64,000 bases of DNA from Selaginella moellendorffii. Taxonomy: Eukaryota; Plantae; Lycopodiophyta. Below the pieces are notes generated by a model. The model worked only from the letters and a program-made list of their open reading frames with translations. It made no database searches and had not been told where the DNA came from. Position numbers and translations under genes: made by a program. Location: positions 868,001 to 932,000 of the forward strand of contig NW_003314271.1 in assembly GCF_000143415.4 (NCBI RefSeq), read 5' to 3'. This document shows positions 61,082 to 64,000 of the stretch, piece after piece. Every line of letters begins with the position of its first letter. Positions within the stretch are counted from its first letter, which is position 1.

Positions 61082-62476
61082 ATGGGCGAGTTTAGTCTCA
61101 GGGAAGCAGCGCGGGTTTGCCTACCCGATGTGCGAGTTGATCCAGTGCAAGAAGATAGTGGCTGCTTCTCCAGCACACATGTTCAACTGGAGCCGTGGCC
61201 ACAGTTTAGAGAGGATTTGGAGGCCTTCATCAACGGGCTGGACAACACGGAGAAGCGGCTATCGACCTTTTTTAGGCAGCGCTACGTGCCCGTTGCCTCA
61301 GAAGAAAGCATAATGCACGCCCTCAACTTCATCGCCTTCCCGCTCGTGGAAGAAATGGCCAAGCAGCTACGCATCCCGTTCCGGTACCGGCATGGTGATG
61401 GGAGGTCCTACTCGTTTGCCACCCAGGTTGTTGTTGACACAAGCGCGGCTTCTTCTTCTTTCTTGTGTGAAGGAGCCACCAGGAGCGAACCGTCGGGGGT
61501 GCATGGGGTCGGGCACATAGCCGACCCCTGGAACGTGGAGCTGACCCAAGTGGGGACTGGTGACCGCAAGGTTGAGTACCACGTCCAGCGTCTCTTTGGC
61601 TGCATGGTGCTGGATGAGGCGCGGGTGGGCTACATCTCGAGCTACCACCAGACTGTTTTCTTTCGCAGGCCGGATGCTACCAGCAAGCTCCTCCAGTTCT
61701 CTCCCGTGTTTGGGAGGGAAGGCGCAACGGTAGGAGCTTTCGTGTTCCTCCTGCACGGCCTGAGCCGAGAACCAAAGCTCCGTATGGACCGGAAGCTTGT
61801 TCCCTTTGCCTCCACCCGTGGCTCCACACTCCTAGGCATCCGCCCCATGCCCCGGGGCGGTCACGCTCGGCTGCAAGTGGTTGACGCATGCAGGCTTGGC
61901 GACATGTCGGCGCCCAGCATAGAGGAGCTCGGGCTCACGGGCCGCGTCGCCGGCTTGGCCAGGTTCGGGAACGTCTTGGAGGGGTGTTTCAAGAGCACTG
62001 GGATCCGGATCGTGCTCAAGACGTTTGATCTCCGGGAGGAGGGTGCGGCGGAGGCGTTTGAGCAGGAGCAGAAGGCTTATGTTGCTATGCAAGACCTCTA
62101 TGGCGTTTATACAGCAACTTTCTATGGGGTGGGCAGGCTGCCTCACTTCAACGCGGTCTACTTGGCGCTGTCGGATGAGGGCACAAGGAAGCTTGGAGAT
62201 GACCGGGTGACGAGGCACACTGTGGCTGCGTTGAGGCTGGGGCTGAATCAAATCCACATGCGGGGAGTTCTTCATGGGGATCTCAAGAGGTCCAACGTGA
62301 TGATCGCTCGCAATGGAGGGCCCCGGTTCCTCGACTTCGACTGCTCTAAGATGCGGCCTAAACTCTGGGAAATGCAGGAGGAGATGGAACAAGTGCAAGA
62401 GCTTTTAGTGGAGGTAGGCTGCGAAGAACAAACTACCTTTAAATCTGTTTTCCTTTTTTTCAGCCGATTGACATGA
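61082..62476 (+). CDS. Intronless atypical protein kinase with an N-terminal restriction-endonuclease-like (Crinkler/fungal-type) domain
   Basis: Kinase: RFGNV, IVLKTFD, EQKAY, GVLHGDLKRSNVM, FLDFD. N-domain: ASEESI, QRLFGCMV..GYISSYHQTVFFRR. Confidence 0.7.
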   Translation: MGEFSLREAARVCLPDVRVDPVQEDSGCFSSTHVQLEPWPQFREDLEAFINGLDNTEKRLSTFFRQRYVPVASEESIMHALNFIAFPLVEEMAKQLRIPFRYRHGDGRSYSFATQVVVDTSAASSSFLCEGATRSEPSGVHGVGHIADPWNVELTQVGTGDRKVEYHVQRLFGCMVLDEARVGYISSYHQTVFFRRPDATSKLLQFSPVFGREGATVGAFVFLLHGLSREPKLRMDRKLVPFASTRGSTLLGIRPMPRGGHARLQVVDACRLGDMSAPSIEELGLTGRVAGLARFGNVLEGCFKSTGIRIVLKTFDLREEGAAEAFEQEQKAYVAMQDLYGVYTATFYGVGRLPHFNAVYLALSDEGTRKLGDDRVTRHTVAALRLGLNQIHMRGVLHGDLKRSNVMIARNGGPRFLDFDCSKMRPKLWEMQEEMEQVQELLVEVGCEEQTTFKSVFLFFSRLT

Positions 62477-64000
62477 CAAAATTCTGGAAAGAATGGCTAA
62501 AAGCAGGAGGGCTTCCCAACAAGCCTCTGGTAAGTGCCAAGCCATCTTAAGTTTTGTGATTTTCTAGCTTTCTAGCAACCAGGACCTTCACAAAAGGGAA
62601 TGGTACTGTCGTTTGGTTATGAAGTATCCCTCCAGGTGTTTCTAATTGATTTATGAATGATGAACAGTTTAATTTATATATTTTGCACAAGGAACACATT
62701 CTTTTCCCAAATTACCGTTTTCCCCGTAAGCTTGTTGCTGCACCTCGCTTCCTTGAAGTCATTCACAGGAGTGGTTCGTGAAACCACAGATTTTCACCCA
62801 GCGACACACATATCTCCAAAGCCACATTTCTTCAAATGTGGCAAACGCCACACAACCTGAATCCTCGGCTGACATATCATCCCACCTCTTATTGTGCTCG
62901 AGCTTGATAATGGACGAGATCCATGATCTAGCACACTCGCAACAAACTGCTTAAGAGATTACAGCTGCTCCTTGATACGGCTGGACTATCGTTGCTAATT
63001 CATTGCCCATGCTGCCACAAGCCACCTACATTTGATGTAGGAGCATGGATCTATGACAGTTGAGATCTATGGTGCCCTTACTTCCCACTCCTCTTATGTA
63101 AATTGATTTATCATAAAGTGTGAACTAATTGCTAGCCTTGACACTAGGAAAAGCAAATGTCATTGATAAGCTCTTCAAAACGGTTGGTGGCATCTCAAGG
63201 TATTATGGATAACCACCCTTGGCCACGACCTCTCCACACTGATGACAGAATTGATTGAACAATTGGACTTTTGGACCTGGTAATCTCTCCAATGTTAGTG
63301 TGATGCTTAGATGAAGGATAGTGTCTTTTTTGGAATTTATGTGAACACCATCAACCTGAGTCACCAATTCAGTTTCACAATCTACAGTGACCTCACCCCC
63401 TGCAATTGGAAAATCCTACAGTGTTATAGGCTATTTTCCATAAGAGATATTGCAAGGAAATGTTTGTTAACAGATTATTGTTCCAAAACAATTACTTTTC
63501 TTTACTTAAGTTTATTTGTTTCTTCAATGCCATTCTAAGTAATGATATAATTGTAGAATTTTAAAATGATAGATGATTTGATGACAATAAAAAATATTAT
63601 AAATATTTTGAGAAAAAGTTACCCTTTTACTCCAAAATAATAACTCTTAACCATCATTTTCTAAAATACAGTATTAAAAAGAGGCAGAAAAAATATTAAA
63701 ACTTAAACATCCTTAAAGGAGATATTCCAATTTAAGTAAGTTAAAAACAGTTATTAAATAATATAAATAATTACAAAAAGTTTACAATATAATTAAACAT
63801 CAACACAATTTTGTTATTTTACTTTAACACATTATAATGTTATTATTGTATAGTCAAAATGCCCATTGATTAGATGAAGATTTGAATGTCTTAATACTAT
63901 TATAATGGGCTTGAGTACAACTACAAACTTCCAATCGTATGACTATCAAAGTTTCAATGTTTACAATGATTCAAGAGTTTAATATCTATGCTAGATGCTT

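Noticed and set aside
62600-64000. Possible TE or gene relic at the window end
   Set aside because: No open frame or motif I can support.

Overview
Eukaryotic land-plant nuclear DNA. The gene-dense GC-rich islands, very short (~45-80 nt) GT-AG introns and AT-rich TE-derived spacers are most consistent with the lycophyte Selaginella; this is inferred from style and gene content, not proven. 1-9.2 kb: a four-unit tandem array, each unit being a C-terminally truncated CAMTA (CG-1 domain) gene followed by a decayed HISN2 (hisIE) copy. 9-25 kb: compact gene run of glyoxal oxidase, RSM22/METTL17, NDUFA2, PLS-PPR, ATXR5/6, GDT1-like, CCCH-WD40 and PORR. 25-33 kb: foldback repeats and a dead hAT element split by an LTR fragment. 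33-46 kb: LRK10L/WAK-like kinase, DUF266 glycosyltransferase, intronless PLATZ with an EAR-like motif, and an ABCC transporter. 47.7-58 kb: nested LTR retrotransposons, including a full element with 1.6-kb LTRs and a perfect CAATT TSD inside a Ty3/gypsy RT. 59.7-62.5 kb: a SKP2-like F-box pseudogene and an intronless Crinkler/fungal-like 'REase-fold + kinase' ORF. All family calls are from recognised motifs by eye with no database search, and exon borders are manual. Most interesting: the calmodulin-module-less CAMTA array and the REase-kinase gene.
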